Below, piece after piece: positions 14,656 through 27,225 of a stretch of DNA of 64,000 bases. Position numbers and translations under genes: made by a program. The first letter of the stretch is position 1; each line of letters starts with the position of its first letter. Below the pieces are notes generated by a model, which did not search any database, was not told the origin of the DNA, and worked only from the letters and a program-made list of their open reading frames with translations. Origin of the DNA: Geosiphon pyriformis uo1 (Eukaryota; Fungi; Glomeromycota); contig JAAOMT010000786.1 in NCBI GenBank assembly GCA_016748015.1, positions 372,705-436,704 on the forward strand, given 5' to 3'.

Positions 14656-15621
14656 GGGTTATAACGAGAATAAAAAAGTTTCTGCTTTCAGTTGCAGTCA
14701 CTTGCTGGTGCTGGTGCTGGTGCATAAAAATATTATTTGAGAGAGAGAGAGAGAGAGAGAAAAATTTTTTTTTTTGAAATATGAAATTTCATCCTTCAAA
14801 CATAAAGATGAGATAATTGCATCAAAAATACAAGCAACAGTTAGCACCGGAAATTACCTTGTAAGATCAAAAAAAAAAAAACCTTGGTTGTGTAGTCAAA
14901 TGCCACAGATTAAAAAGGTATGTATGTATGTATGTATGTATGTATGTATTTATGTATGTATGTATTTATGTATTTATAAATGAAAGTAACGTTGTCGAGT
15001 TTGATATATGAGTGGAAAATTAAAAAAGTTCCCCAATAAAAAATGATTCAATTAATATATATATTCAAAAAAGATCAAAAAAAACTTATTATCTTTTTTC
15101 ATATCATTTGAAATTACGTTTTTTGGTTTATCCTTTCCATAGAATCACCATTTTTTTTTTCATAAATACCAAATTTGAATTATTCAAATAATACTCTTTT
15201 GAAAAAAAAGAATTCTTTCCCCCTTCTTCCCAACCATTTTTTTACTTACAAAATGCACACGTGTATCACAAAATTAAACAACAAACATCGAAGTTCTGAT
15301 AGTGTAACTAATATTTAATAAATTTGAATAAGAAGAAGATGAAGAAGAAGATGAAGAAGAAGAAGAAGATGAAGGCGAAAAGAATAAGAATAAAGAAAAA
15401 AGAAGAATAAGAAGATAGGTAAAATGTTTTTAATATAATAATAATAATAATAAAAATAATAAAAAAGGTTTTGTCATTCCCGTATTATTATTATATGGCC
15501 GGTAACGTTAATTGAGATTTCACTACATACATAATTTACAGTATGGTCACACATGCAGGTACGCGCCTTCGTTTTTTTTATGAACTTTAATAATAAAAAG
15601 AAAAGGTTGAGTTACCACCAG

Positions 15622-15660
<39 letters not shown>

Positions 15661-15666
15661 TATCAC

Positions 15667-15699
<33 letters not shown>

Positions 15700-16052
15700 C
15701 CTCATCTTCTTTTTTTTCATGTTCAATTACTAGTACAAAAATATTATAAATTTTAACAAACTTTTTATCAAAGGTACATCGGCTATTAAATAGTCTATTA
15801 ATAGGAAAAGCCTTTTAAACATTTTCATTTCCTTTATCCAATCAATTTAAAAAAAAAAGTTTTTGTGTTATGTTATGGTTGTTGTTGTGGTTGTGGTTGT
15901 GGTTGTGGTTGTGCTATGTTCTATATGTCAAATTGAAACTTTGATTTTTGTTTGACGCCCCCCTAACTACCTAACTACCTACCTACCTACCTACCTACCT
16001 ACCTACCTACCTACCTATCTACCTACCTACCTACCTACCCACCTACCCACCT
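15622..16052 (+). repeat. Microsatellite cluster: (CAT)n/(TAT)n, (GTTGTG)n, (CTAC)n
   Basis: Runs at 15622-15698, ~15880-15913 and ~15963-16052. Confidence 0.9.
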
Positions 16053-16421
16053 AACTTCCCTACTAATGTTTAGATTAAAAAAATAAAATAATAATAATAA
16101 TTATTATTATTATTAGGACCTTTTTTTTTTATTAGAAATTCAAACTCCTTTTAAAATAAAATAAAAAGTTCCTTCACCACCCCCCAGAAAAAAATAGATA
16201 AAATTCCTAGAATATTTATTTTTATATATTTATCGGGAATTTCTAATCCAGATTGACTCATCATGCATATATCATTATTATTATTACTTTATTTATTTAT
16301 TTATCATCTATTCTAATCGATTAAAATAGTACTCGGTATTACTTTTCCGTATTTTTATATATATATATATATATATATGTATACCTAATCATTGATTAAT
16401 TACAAGTAAAAAAAAGAAGGA

Positions 16422-16480
16422 TATAAAGTTTAAAAAATAAATTTTCTATAAATTCCCTTCATTTGTTTTTCTTTCGTCTG
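16422..16480 (+). promoter_or_regulatory. Putative core promoter of the HMG gene (TATAAA followed by a pyrimidine-rich tract)
   Basis: TATAAA at 16422-16427 and ~16447; CT-rich stretch at 16453-16480, upstream of the candidate 5' UTR intron. Confidence 0.35.
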
Positions 16481-16574
16481 ATTCCTCTAGTATTGTGCCT
16501 ATCTCAATCATCTTTTGAGAAATCATCATCATCATAATCATCATCAACATCATCATCAACATCCATCCGTTACT

Positions 16575-16656
16575 GTAAGTTTTTTATTCATGTTATTTAA
16601 AGTTATTTATTTATATCTGATATATTTTTTTTTTTCCAAAAAAAAAAAAAATATAG
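16575..16656 (+). other. Putative 5' UTR intron of the HMG gene
   Basis: GTAAGT donor at 16575, AT-rich body, ATATAG acceptor at 16656; 82 nt long, ending 43 nt before the ATG. Confidence 0.6.
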
Positions 16657-16699
16657 ATACTTTTGAAACTATTTATTTCTGAATATATTTCGACTACGT

Positions 16700-16861
16700 A
16701 TGTCCTCAGTAACTTTTCAAAACCGACCGGTTGTTGCCGGTTCATTAGACACTTTTCCACGAAATATGACAAATTCAGAGTATTCTAATGCTAAAAAAAT
16801 GTCCCAATTATATTCTGATACTCAGACTGGTGTTGGTAGACCTCAGCTCATTCAAAATACC

Positions 16862-16895
<34 letters not shown>

Positions 16896-17854
16896 TTAGA
16901 ACTTCAAGCCAGAATAACATACCTCTTGCCTCGCCTGCTCTTTCAAATGCTTCTTTAGCAAGTTTTGATGCTGATTGTATTGACCAGCATCTAGACTCAC
17001 AGCCACAACTTGCAGGAAAATTGGAACACCTTCCAAATGATATTACTCCTGCCGTTGCTGCTTCAACAACAACAACAACAACAACAGCAACTACAACAAT
17101 AAATTCAAATGGTCCTTTACCTCAGTTTGAATATCTCTCTTATGATAGAGTTCAAGGGCTTTATGAACAGAAAAAGGGCACTTTATATTTTATTCCGGAA
17201 GGCTTTGAACCTGTTCTAGTTCCAAACGATGCACAAGCTCAATCTGTGACAAATTTATTACAATCCGCGAAACAAGTTTCTGCCCCGTTAAATGTATCCA
17301 GAATGCTTCCCGACACTGATATCCGTCTTCCCTCACTTGCTCTTCCATGTGGTGTTGCTGGTCCTCAAGCGAAACCCAATGCTAATAATGGTAAATCAAA
17401 AGTAAAGAAACCACCAAGACCCCCGAATGCATTCATACTTTATCGTCGTGCTAAACAACCTGCTATCGTGGCAAAGAATCATGGAATTACAAATAATGAG
17501 GTTTCAAAAGAAATTGGTAGAATGTGGCATGAAGAACCGATCGAGATTCGATTGAAATTTCAAAAGATGGCTGAAGCCGCTAAACAAGAGCATATGAAGA
17601 AATATCCTGAATATCGTTATCGTCCAAGGAGACCTCAAGAAAGAAAAAGAAGAATTCAACCTCGTGAAACTTCTCCTAGACGTGGTTCTACCCCAAATCT
17701 TAATACCGAAAAAATCCATGATAATTCGGTATTTACCGCAAATTCTTCTCCAAGACGAGTTCCCTCGATATCTTCAAATGATTGTGATAATAGTTCCGAC
17801 ATTTACATTCAAAGTCCAACAAATGCCCAAAATATTTTGCATCATCATCAACAA

Positions 17855-17890
<36 letters not shown>

Positions 17891-18340
17891 CAACAACAGC
17901 AACAGCAACAGCAACAGCAACAACAACTTCACCATCACCACCAACAACAACAACAACAACAACATCATCATCAACATCATCAACAGCAACTCATGTATCC
18001 GAATAATTCAGTCGGAAACTCTCCACAACAGTCATTCAGTCTTTTGGATTCTCCCTTACAAACTCAATTTAATTATACCTATATCAATGGATTACCAAAT
18101 TCCTATGATCCATCAGCCACAGCATCTTCATTGGTTGGTGCATCTATCCCTCACGGTATGCTTGATTTTCATGTATACGACGGATCTCAACAGCAAAATA
18201 ATGAAGAGTGTATTGAATACCCCGAATTTGATGACTGTCACGATTACGACATGAATTATCTTAATTATATGTCCCCAGCTGAAGAGGAATATTATCGCAA
18301 TCCTCATCAAACATATATAAAATTTGATTATTCAGCATAA
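16700..18340 (+). CDS. MATA/SOX-type HMG-box transcription factor (546 aa) with polyN, polyT and polyQ/H tracts
   Basis: Intact ORF; HMG box KPPRPPNAFILYRR...NNEVSKEIGRMW...HMKKYPEYRYRPRR (~17408-17632); CpG and CGN codons retained. Confidence 0.95.
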
Positions 18341-18341
18341 G

Positions 18342-18433
18342 GTATTTTATTATTTTTTATTAATAAGAAAATCAAAATCTTATTTACAATACACTCCAAT
18401 ACTCATTCAACTATTTTTGTTCGAATTTTACAG
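18342..18433 (+). other. Putative 3' UTR intron immediately after the stop codon
   Basis: TAAG|GTATTT donor 1 nt after the TAA; AT-rich 92 nt; TTTTACAG acceptor. Confidence 0.45.
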
Positions 18434-18637
18434 CAGCTCATAATCACGCTTGTGCAAAGTAAAATTTTCTGTTTCGTTAAATATTTCGTTCAATTTTTTT
18501 TTGTTCTTTTTTCGACCTTTTCACTCTGTTCTTGAGAAAATATCAAATTCAAAACAACAATAACAATAACAACAACAATACCAACAAAAAAAAACCTTAC
18601 CACAGATAATTTATGTCACCTAAGAATATAAATTTTT

Positions 18638-18692
<55 letters not shown>

Positions 18693-19553
18693 AGTCCCCC
18701 CAATCTCTCATAATTCTTAATTAAATACATAGCATTTTATCAAAATCCAAAACATTTCATCATTCTCATCACTTCAACAAAAGCCACCAACAATAATTAA
18801 GCAAACATGCATCAACCTTTTTTTCAAACTATGGAGAGTTCATCCCGGAAGGGAAACAAACAAACAAACAAACAAACCCTTTATTCTTTAATCTTTACGA
18901 AAATCCTTCAAAAAAAAAAAAGTTAGAAAATTCAAACAAAAATTATTATTTTTTATATCTCGTTTTTTTCGCCAATTTTGGTTTTCAGTTCTCTTCCCCG
19001 TCATCTTTAATCTTATCTGTTCTATTCTGTTCTGTTTCTGTTTCTGTTTCTGTTTCTGTTCGATTTCTGTTCGATTGTCCCTGATTTTTTTTTTCTTGAT
19101 AACGGGAAACGTGACCCCGCTCATAGCAGTTCCTTGCCCCTCATTCTGTTCTTTAATTAATTATGATTTTAATAATTATCTTAGAAATTTACGATTCTAA
19201 CTTTTAAATCCCAATTTTTTATCGTCGAATTAACCCTTCCTTTAGTTTGCTAACAATAAAGAATTCTCTATGATAAGCATTATTTCGCATCCTACTCTTA
19301 ATAATTTTCCGAAAAATAGGTCAATTGATTCCAGCAATTTTGCATTTCATTCTCGTAAATATCCATCCATCCATCTATCTATCTATCTATTAATCTCTAT
19401 CTCTATCTATCTATCTATCTATCGATATATATATAGACTGTAAATTTTCATGCTGCATATTCTCTCACCATTTTCTCTAAAACGCATGCATTTTTGATTC
19501 GTGTCTTAACATCCTATATACATTTCTATATATATACACACACACACACACAT

Positions 19554-19591
<38 letters not shown>

Positions 19592-20379
19592 TACATATTT
19601 CCCCAACCCCTTTTTTTCTCTCCATCCCTCAAACAACATTTCTCCCACGCATTTTTATCTGTACAGTTTTAGTTAATCTCATTTTCTCAATCATTCATCA
19701 TTCATCATCCACTACAATCTTTGATTCTTTACCTCATCCTATTAAAAAAAAAAACCAAAAAAACATCAATCAATCAATCAATCAATAATAACTGCTGTTT
19801 TGGAATTTGACGACTTTAACCTTTTACTAGTACCCTCCAATCGTTTAAAAAAAAATATTCCAAAAAAAGCAGGGAAGCTAAACCTAAAAATAAAAAAATC
19901 TTCTTTTGCCTTTGGTCTGCGTTGTCGATCTTGGACAATGACAAGAAAAGAAACTCACTACTTTTTGTGTCAAATCTTTTTTTTTTTTTTGATTGAAATT
20001 TGATTTAGGTTTCTTTGATTCCCTTTTAACGATAAAAGGTTAATGCAGCAGTTTATAGTCTTTTTAATTTTTGGCTAGAATGATTCAAACTTGTTACCAT
20101 TCATAGTTAACCTTAAAAAAAAAAAAGGTAGGATAAATTAGGATAGGATAGGATAGGATAGGATAGGATAGGATAGGATAGATAGGGTAGGTAGGACAGG
20201 TAGGACAATTTAATTTATTCGTATTACCTGCTATGACACACGCTAATAAATTCAAGAAAAAAGATCTTATAGAAAGCATTGAGCCTCTTTCCTAATTGAG
20301 GCAATGACCGTTGTCACCTACCCTTTGGTTCATGTGGATTGATTTTTGACACATAATTAATAATATCAATATCATGTTG

Positions 20380-20447
<68 letters not shown>

Positions 20448-21008
20448 TCTGAATAACGGATAATTAATAATTATAATAAAAATCATAATTATAATAATAA
20501 TCAGGTAATACAATATATAAGCAACTTCAAAATAAAGATTTTCAATTGATTGGGGATACCAAATAGATTTATCTAGAGGGACGAAAAAAGATAGATTCGA
20601 ACGTTAAAAACGTTAGACATGAGACGGTTTTGGGTGGTACGATTATCGCTGTGACATTTTTAGATTCAAGTATAAATTTAGACTAGTAATAAATTTTTTG
20701 AACCAATTAAAAACTCACAAGATCTACTGTTTTTTTTGATTACGTAATTTAAATTTTTTGAAGGATCCTGTTACAAATGGTTAATAGAACTAACTAGACT
20801 ACTCTTTGTGAATCACAGATTCAAAATAGCTAATGGTTTTTCTTGTTTTTGATCTTTCCCCGATTTGTAGTCGTCAAAAAAAATATATACCAAAAACATT
20901 TAAAAAGTGACTTCATCCCTTGAATGATTTTTTGACTATAAAACATTATCAAATAAATACCACAATGAGTATTTTAAGTATGGTAACGATATTATTGGAT
21001 TTCTTTTA

Positions 21009-21067
<59 letters not shown>

Positions 21068-21356
21068 TAAAAAGGGGTCAATTTGATTTGATTTGATTTT
21101 GATATTGATTTGTTCTACATAAATAAACAGATTGACGGAAAAAACCCCCTTTTTACAGTACTACTTTCAGAATCAAGAAGTCGCAGTGATCGTTATAGTC
21201 AATAGTATTTGGATCTTTTTATTTTTTCTAGTTATATCATCAAATTTGGGATACCCAACAAAAGGTTTCTAAATAAAGGATTTTAAAAAAACTTGTAAAA
21301 TGTTTAGCATTTTTACTTTGTAAAGATTTTGAAGTTTATTTTTTTAAATAATAAAA

Positions 21357-21407
<51 letters not shown>

Positions 21408-21911
21408 AATAACTTTAAAAAAAAAAACCAGGTAAAAAAATCCTTAAAAACTTTTTTTTTATAAAAGATAAACATAACGATCAAAGAAGTTTATTTTTGT
21501 ATACTTACTTGGTAATGATTTTTTTTTTTTTTTGAATAGATAAATAGAGAACTTGTACCAATTGACACTCTTTTCATATTCTTGGTTTTTGTTTAATCAT
21601 TTTAATCATTTTAATCGTTTTAATCGTTTTAATAATAATAATAATAATAATTAATAATGTTAAAATGAAATGTTTTTTTATTAAATTTTAAAATTAACAA
21701 AAGAAAAATTCTCTTACTTGATTTAAAGCAAAATTATTTGAATCGAAACAGTCAAAGCTTTAATCTTAAAAGTATAAAGAAATTTTTATAATTATAGGCT
21801 TTTTTTCATTATTTAACTCCCTTTTTCCATTTCCATTCTATTTTATTCTATTTTATTCTATTCTATTCTATTCTATTTTATTCTATTCTATTCTATTCTA
21901 TTCTATTCTAT
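18638..21911 (+). repeat. Downstream microsatellite cluster: (ATC)n, (CTAT)n, (AC)/(AT)n, (GATAG)n, (AAT)n, (TAT)n, (TATTC)n
   Basis: Runs at 18638-18692, ~19360-19425, ~19530-19590, ~20139-20180, ~20380-20446, ~21010-21064 and ~21834-21911. Confidence 0.85.
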
Positions 21912-22171
21912 TTACCTAAAAATCTTTGTGATTTATGTTTACTCGATAATAAAAAAAAGAAAAGAAAAAAAGACGTATTTTTTTTATTTCAAAAAATTCA
22001 CATAATATTGTAATAATATATTTAAAATACCATATTAATATTATATTTATTATATTATATCAATAATTTTTTAATTGATAATTGATAATTAAATCATAAA
22101 ATAAAAATTAAAGTTACAAAACTTAATTTATTAATTCTTTTTTTTAAATTTTAAATTTAGAAAACAAATAT

Positions 22172-25100
22172 GTGGTCTAAGTTTAGGGATTGTGTTTTGG
22201 CTAAGCTTCTGTTGATCAAGAACCTCTTCTCTGAAGCCAAAGCTGATGGTGATTTGGATACCATGTGAGCAACTTTAGAAAAAGTAATGGTTGGGTTTGC
22301 TGATGAGATTTTTTCCAGACAATGGTTTAGTGAATTTCAATGTTCTAGAAATAAGCATTCTTCAAAGTTTTTTGGGTTGGAGTTACTCATTGCCAAGATT
22401 GTTGGTGTGGTTCATGCTGGTGACGTGCTTAAAGTTAATTATCTCATAAGGAAATGGTCTACTTCGGATAAGGCCAAAGCTTGCGCATTCTCTGATTTGA
22501 TTTGATTAGATTAAATGTAGGTAGTATGGTTCTTCTTAAATACCTATCATCAAGTCGCAAAGAATACAGGAAGTCGAAGATGTTTGAATCAAGGTTGGCT
22601 GAAAAAGCTTCTATTAGAGGAGCTGTAGAGAGACGCATAGAAAGTTTTGCTTCTAATAAAGGGGGCATAATAAGGAGTGTATTGGATCAGCCTTTTCACA
22701 AGGTGATTCTTAATCATTTAGTTGTTAATAATGGCTTGGTTCTGGAACCTGTGGATGTGAAGTCTAAGGTAGACGAGATTATAGTGGGATGGACGAGGAA
22801 GTAGGTGGTGCCTACAGTGGTGTCTGAACTCTGGGCTCGCCAGTATGTACTGCTGAATCATGTACGAGATGACGCTTTTTCTGGAGTGATATGTGAAATC
22901 AGTTTGGGTAAGCTGTTCTCAGTTGTTGGGGATCTGTCTGATGGCAAGACTGTTGGCTTGTCTGGTATTCCTAATGAGCTGTGGAAGTATGGTGGTAATG
23001 CAGTATTGGGTTGCCTTCTGAAGCTGTTGAATACGTGTCTGGTTGTTGGGAGTGTGCCTACTTTGTGGAAGAGAGTGTGGGTTTCGATGATTCTGAAACC
23101 TTAAAATTGGGATGGAGTTCTTATGAACACTCAGCCTATTGTGCTGATCAAGACTGCCAGAAAGATTCTCTTCAAGGTTCTTTTTGACAGGATTTCATCA
23201 GCTTGTAGTAAGTTTGGTGTTCTTTATGGTAATAATTTTTCTGTTTTAAAAGATATGTTTACCCAGTTTCTAGTGTTTGCTGTCGGCTCAGTAGTTGAGG
23301 ATGCTTTGGAAAAGAATCGAGAACTTTGGTTAGTGTTGCAGAATATGAGTAAAGCATATGATTCAATTGGGTGGTACCACTTGGAAGTGAGCTTAAAGTG
23401 CATCAAGATGTGCAGTAGATTCATTAGTTTCTTTGATGGCATACACAATGATAGGATTAACAGGGTCATGACGGATTTTGGTCTGTCAAATGGCTATTGT
23501 GTGCATGATAATTTGAGTCAAGGTGAGGTTTTCTCCTCCCTTCTTTGGAGAATCTTCTATGATCCGCTATTGTGTGAGGTCAAACAGCATGAACATTTGT
23601 GTGGATACAAGATTGACACTAAGTTTGTGGCGAGGACTGGCAGAATCGAGAATAGTGGTGGGATGTCCTCCTTTTTTGCTGCTGGTGCTTTTGTGGATAA
23701 TACAATTTGGGTAGGAGATTGCCAGGCTTCTATATAGTATGCTCTTAATATTGCTAGTGAATTTTTTTCTATCAATGATATTTCAATTAATAATGAGAAG
23801 ATGGTGGCCATTCTGATTAATCAGGGTGTCAAGGTTGCTTCACTAAGTATTAGTGGTCAGCCAATCTCTATAGCAAAAAAGGGTAAAGCTTACAGATACC
23901 TGGGAATTTTTTTGTTGACTGAAAGGTTGTTCAAACCTAGTTTGGCCAAAGCGCACTCGGATGTCCGTTTTTTTACCAATGTTGTACTCAGGAAAGCCAT
24001 CACAGGCAAGCAGTTTTCTTATTTGATTTCAGCTGTTTTGTAGCCAATTGTTAGTTACAGAATGCAGTTTAGTTTTGTCTCCTCTGGTATATGCCGCAAG
24101 TGGGACGTTTTGGTTAGGAAGGGTCTTAGGTTTAAGGCTTGCTTGCTTCGTGACTTCTCGAATAAAGTTTTGCATCATCCTTCTCTTTATGGCTTGAAGC
24201 CTTTTAATCAGATACAGTCTGAAAGCAAGGTGGCTGCTGTGATCTCTTTTTTGAATGCTTCAGGTATTCTTGGTTGGTTGTTTCTTCATCACTTCTTGGA
24301 TTTGCAGGTTCTTGGGTGGACGCCCTTGAATCCATTGCAGTTTCCAGTCAAGCTGCATGTTAGTTCTGTGAACAATTTTTTAGCTGGTGTGGTCAGAATT
24401 TTTTTGGATTGTGAGCTGTCTTTGGTGAACATTTTGCCTAGTGCTTTTAGGAATTCTGGTGTTTTTCCTATGCCTGTGATTTTGGGAGAGTCTTTGTTTC
24501 TTAGTTGTGTTCGTTCTCTGAAGTGTTTTGGGGTTGCCTTTGGTGACAGACTTCTTGACAAAAAAGGTGCCGTAATGGATTAGAAGACTTTTCGTCATTG
24601 GAAGAGACTTGATCTCAGGGGCTCTGTGCCTCATTGGTTCAATGTTACATATAAGTTTTTGCTAGATAAGAGCTTGGCACTGCCTGCTGCTGATGATGCT
24701 GGTGGTTCTTTGGGCTGTAGTGTTTTGGACTCTAAACAGTTTGCTTTTGTGTAAGATGGTCTGCTTAAAGTTTGGTCTGACTCTTTGGATGTTTATACTG
24801 ATGGTTCATTGAAATCAGCTGGCTTTGCCAGCGTGGTTAGTGGGGCCGCTGCTTATTTTCTTGCTTTGGATGCAGGAGTTGGTGTTGGTATATGTGGGCT
24901 TTTATCTTCAACTCTGTTGAAATTGTAGGCTGTGGCTCTTGCTCTGGAATGCATTTCTTCCTTCTGTTCAGTGGTTTTGCATCTCAACAGCCAAGCTGCC
25001 ATTGATGTGTGTATGTCTGAATTGGCTTTTGTTGTCCCTGACTTTCGCAATCATTGTTGGATTGAGAGAAGACATGTTGCCAATTTAATTAGGGATAAGG

Positions 25101-26211
25101 ATCTTGCTGTGTGTTGGGTTAAGGTCAAGGGTCATTCTGGAGTTCCTGGCAATGATCAAGCTGATGCACTGGCTGGTAAGGCTGCTGGCTCTCCCATTTC
25201 ATTGCTGTCTGGAGTTTGTGAGTGTTTTCTGTTGGCTGAGAGTATTGTGGTTTCAGGTAATGCTCATCACTTCATCAGAGATGTTTTTAGATCTGTTTGT
25301 CATGCTCATTGAGAGGCTGGTCTGAGTTATGACATGGTTCCAGCTATTCCGTTGCAGCATTTTGATTGGAATGTTTCCATGCAGGTCTGGCATCCTGACT
25401 TGCACATGTTTGCTGAATTTACCAGCTGGAAATCAGCAAGTCTTCGCATATACTTGATGAAGGCTCTACATAGAAGATTGCTGGTGGCTGTTCGCAAAAG
25501 ATTGTACAATAAATGTTATCCTGGTGTTCAGTGTTTGTTGTGTGGTGAGGTGGAGTTGCCCGACCATGTTTTTACTTGTTCTCGAAATGTTTATGTACAG
25601 GGGGATATTCTATTAGAGGCATCTGCTCATTGGATTTCCATAGCTGGTGCATATAACTCGTCTTTTTCCTCAGTCTTGAGGACTCTTGATCTCTGCCAAT
25701 CAGATGTTAGCTTGTATTTGGTTATGTGTAGAGGATTTGTGCTTAAGGATTGGTGTACAGAGACTGTTAGCATTTTTGAGGATATTAAGTGTGCATCTGG
25801 TGTGGTTGTTGACTTTGTGAGGTATTTGGTTGAGTTACATTGATCTAAAGTGTGGTTGGCTAGGTCTAAATTTAGGGTGAACATAGAGAAGGCAGGTTTG
25901 GTTGGTGATGATGGTTTGGTGTTAGGGCTGTCGTGTTGCATGACTTCTATGCTTTCAAATGGGATGATCAGATTGCTTGGCATAGTGGAGTCTTTTGCTG
26001 TAAGTTTTGGCCATTGCAAGCCTTGTTCTTTTTTTTCCGGTTTGGATAATAATTTATGTGTTAGTTTAAGTGTATAGTGTTGTCTTGTCTGGCCCGAGTG
26101 GCTAGCCACATGTAGAAAGTACATGAATTGCATTTAATTTGAGCCACTTGGTTTGGTTCTATGTACTAGGTAGTGGTTGGGCTTCACTCATTAAAATGAA
26201 TAAAAAAAAAA
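22172..26211 (+). mobile_element. 5'-truncated LINE (RT, RNase H, CCHC, 3' UTR, polyA)
   Basis: 11-bp TSD AAAACAAATAT at 22161-22171 and 26212-26222; polyA at ~26202-26211; motifs KAYDSI, LSQGE, FVDN(D), YRYLG, YTDGS, KVKGHSGVPGNDQADALA, CLLCGEVELPDHVFTC; ORF2 ends at 26077. Confidence 0.93.
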
Positions 26212-27225
26212 AAAACAAATATTAAATATTAAAGATTTCCTAAATAAAAAGTTTTTACTTTGATGCTGTTACCGGAGGTTTTTGGTCTCTTTTCTGTAAT
26301 GTTGTGGATACTTATTTGCTGTGAATTCACGTTTTCTGGGTGTGGTTAAACCTCCAATAACTGAATTTTTAACTTCAAATTATCTCCTATAATTTGAACT
26401 TGCTGGGCTTATGAGTGGAATGACCAATTCCATGCCAGTTGCTTTATGTAGTTACGTTGTAGTAAACGTCAACTCTTTCCCAGGAATTGCTTGTCTGGAA
26501 GCTCACTAAAATGTGTAGTTACTTTGCTGTGAAAGTCAACTCTTCTACAGAAATCTCGTCTGTAGGCTACCCTAATGATTGTAATAAGAAAAGAAAAGAA
26601 AAATAAAAGAAATATAAAAGAAATAAGATTTTTATCAAGAGAAACATTTTCTATCCAGGCCTGGAGTCACTAACAGTTTACTGAAATTGGTAGCTAATCA
26701 ATTTCGAAATGTTAGTTGGTTTTTTTTTTTTGGGAATTTTCCAAGGGCAATAATTAAAGAATTTGGTTTTTCAAATTATTTGGTATTTATTTCTTTTTGT
26801 GTGTGTAAAAATGGTTCTAAGTAATAAATCTAAAGTAAAATACATTTTCTCAAAGAGAGAAGCTCTTTTTTTATACAACTTGTCATAACACTATTCTATG
26901 AACTTGAACTTTGCTATTTTCTACAATTTCACTAAACTAAAGATACATTTCGGCAAACTACAAGTTATTTCTGCGAACTTATTAGATATTTTGGTGAACT
27001 ATTAATTATTTCAGCAAATTTCTATCAATTTCAGTGAGCTTTTGAATGTTACATAGTTCAGGGTATTGCATGATTGATCATTGCAATTAGGTTACATTTG
27101 TGTTGTATATAATTTGGGTTATTAATTAAATGATAATTTCAGACATTCTTTGCTAATGTAATAAGTGATAATTTGAAACGATAATATATGCTAATTAATG
27201 ATAGGAATTATAAGATAGTTTTATG

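Noticed and set aside
14420-15756. Short ORFs with polyC/L/Q/T/H/Y tracts (also 17664-18254, 17774-17989, 20292-20513)
   Set aside because: Artefacts of trinucleotide microsatellites, or alternate frames and antisense of the HMG polyQ region.
16700-18340. HMG gene as a mating-type (sexP/sexM-like) locus
   Set aside because: No flanking triose-phosphate transporter or RNA helicase genes in the window. MATA-HMG genes are a large expanded family in Glomeromycotina, where the proposed MAT locus is homeodomain-based.
26660-26720. Hammerhead ribozyme in the LTR hairpin (CTGA...GAAA)
   Set aside because: The CUGANGA core and three-stem geometry are absent; it is a simple hairpin.
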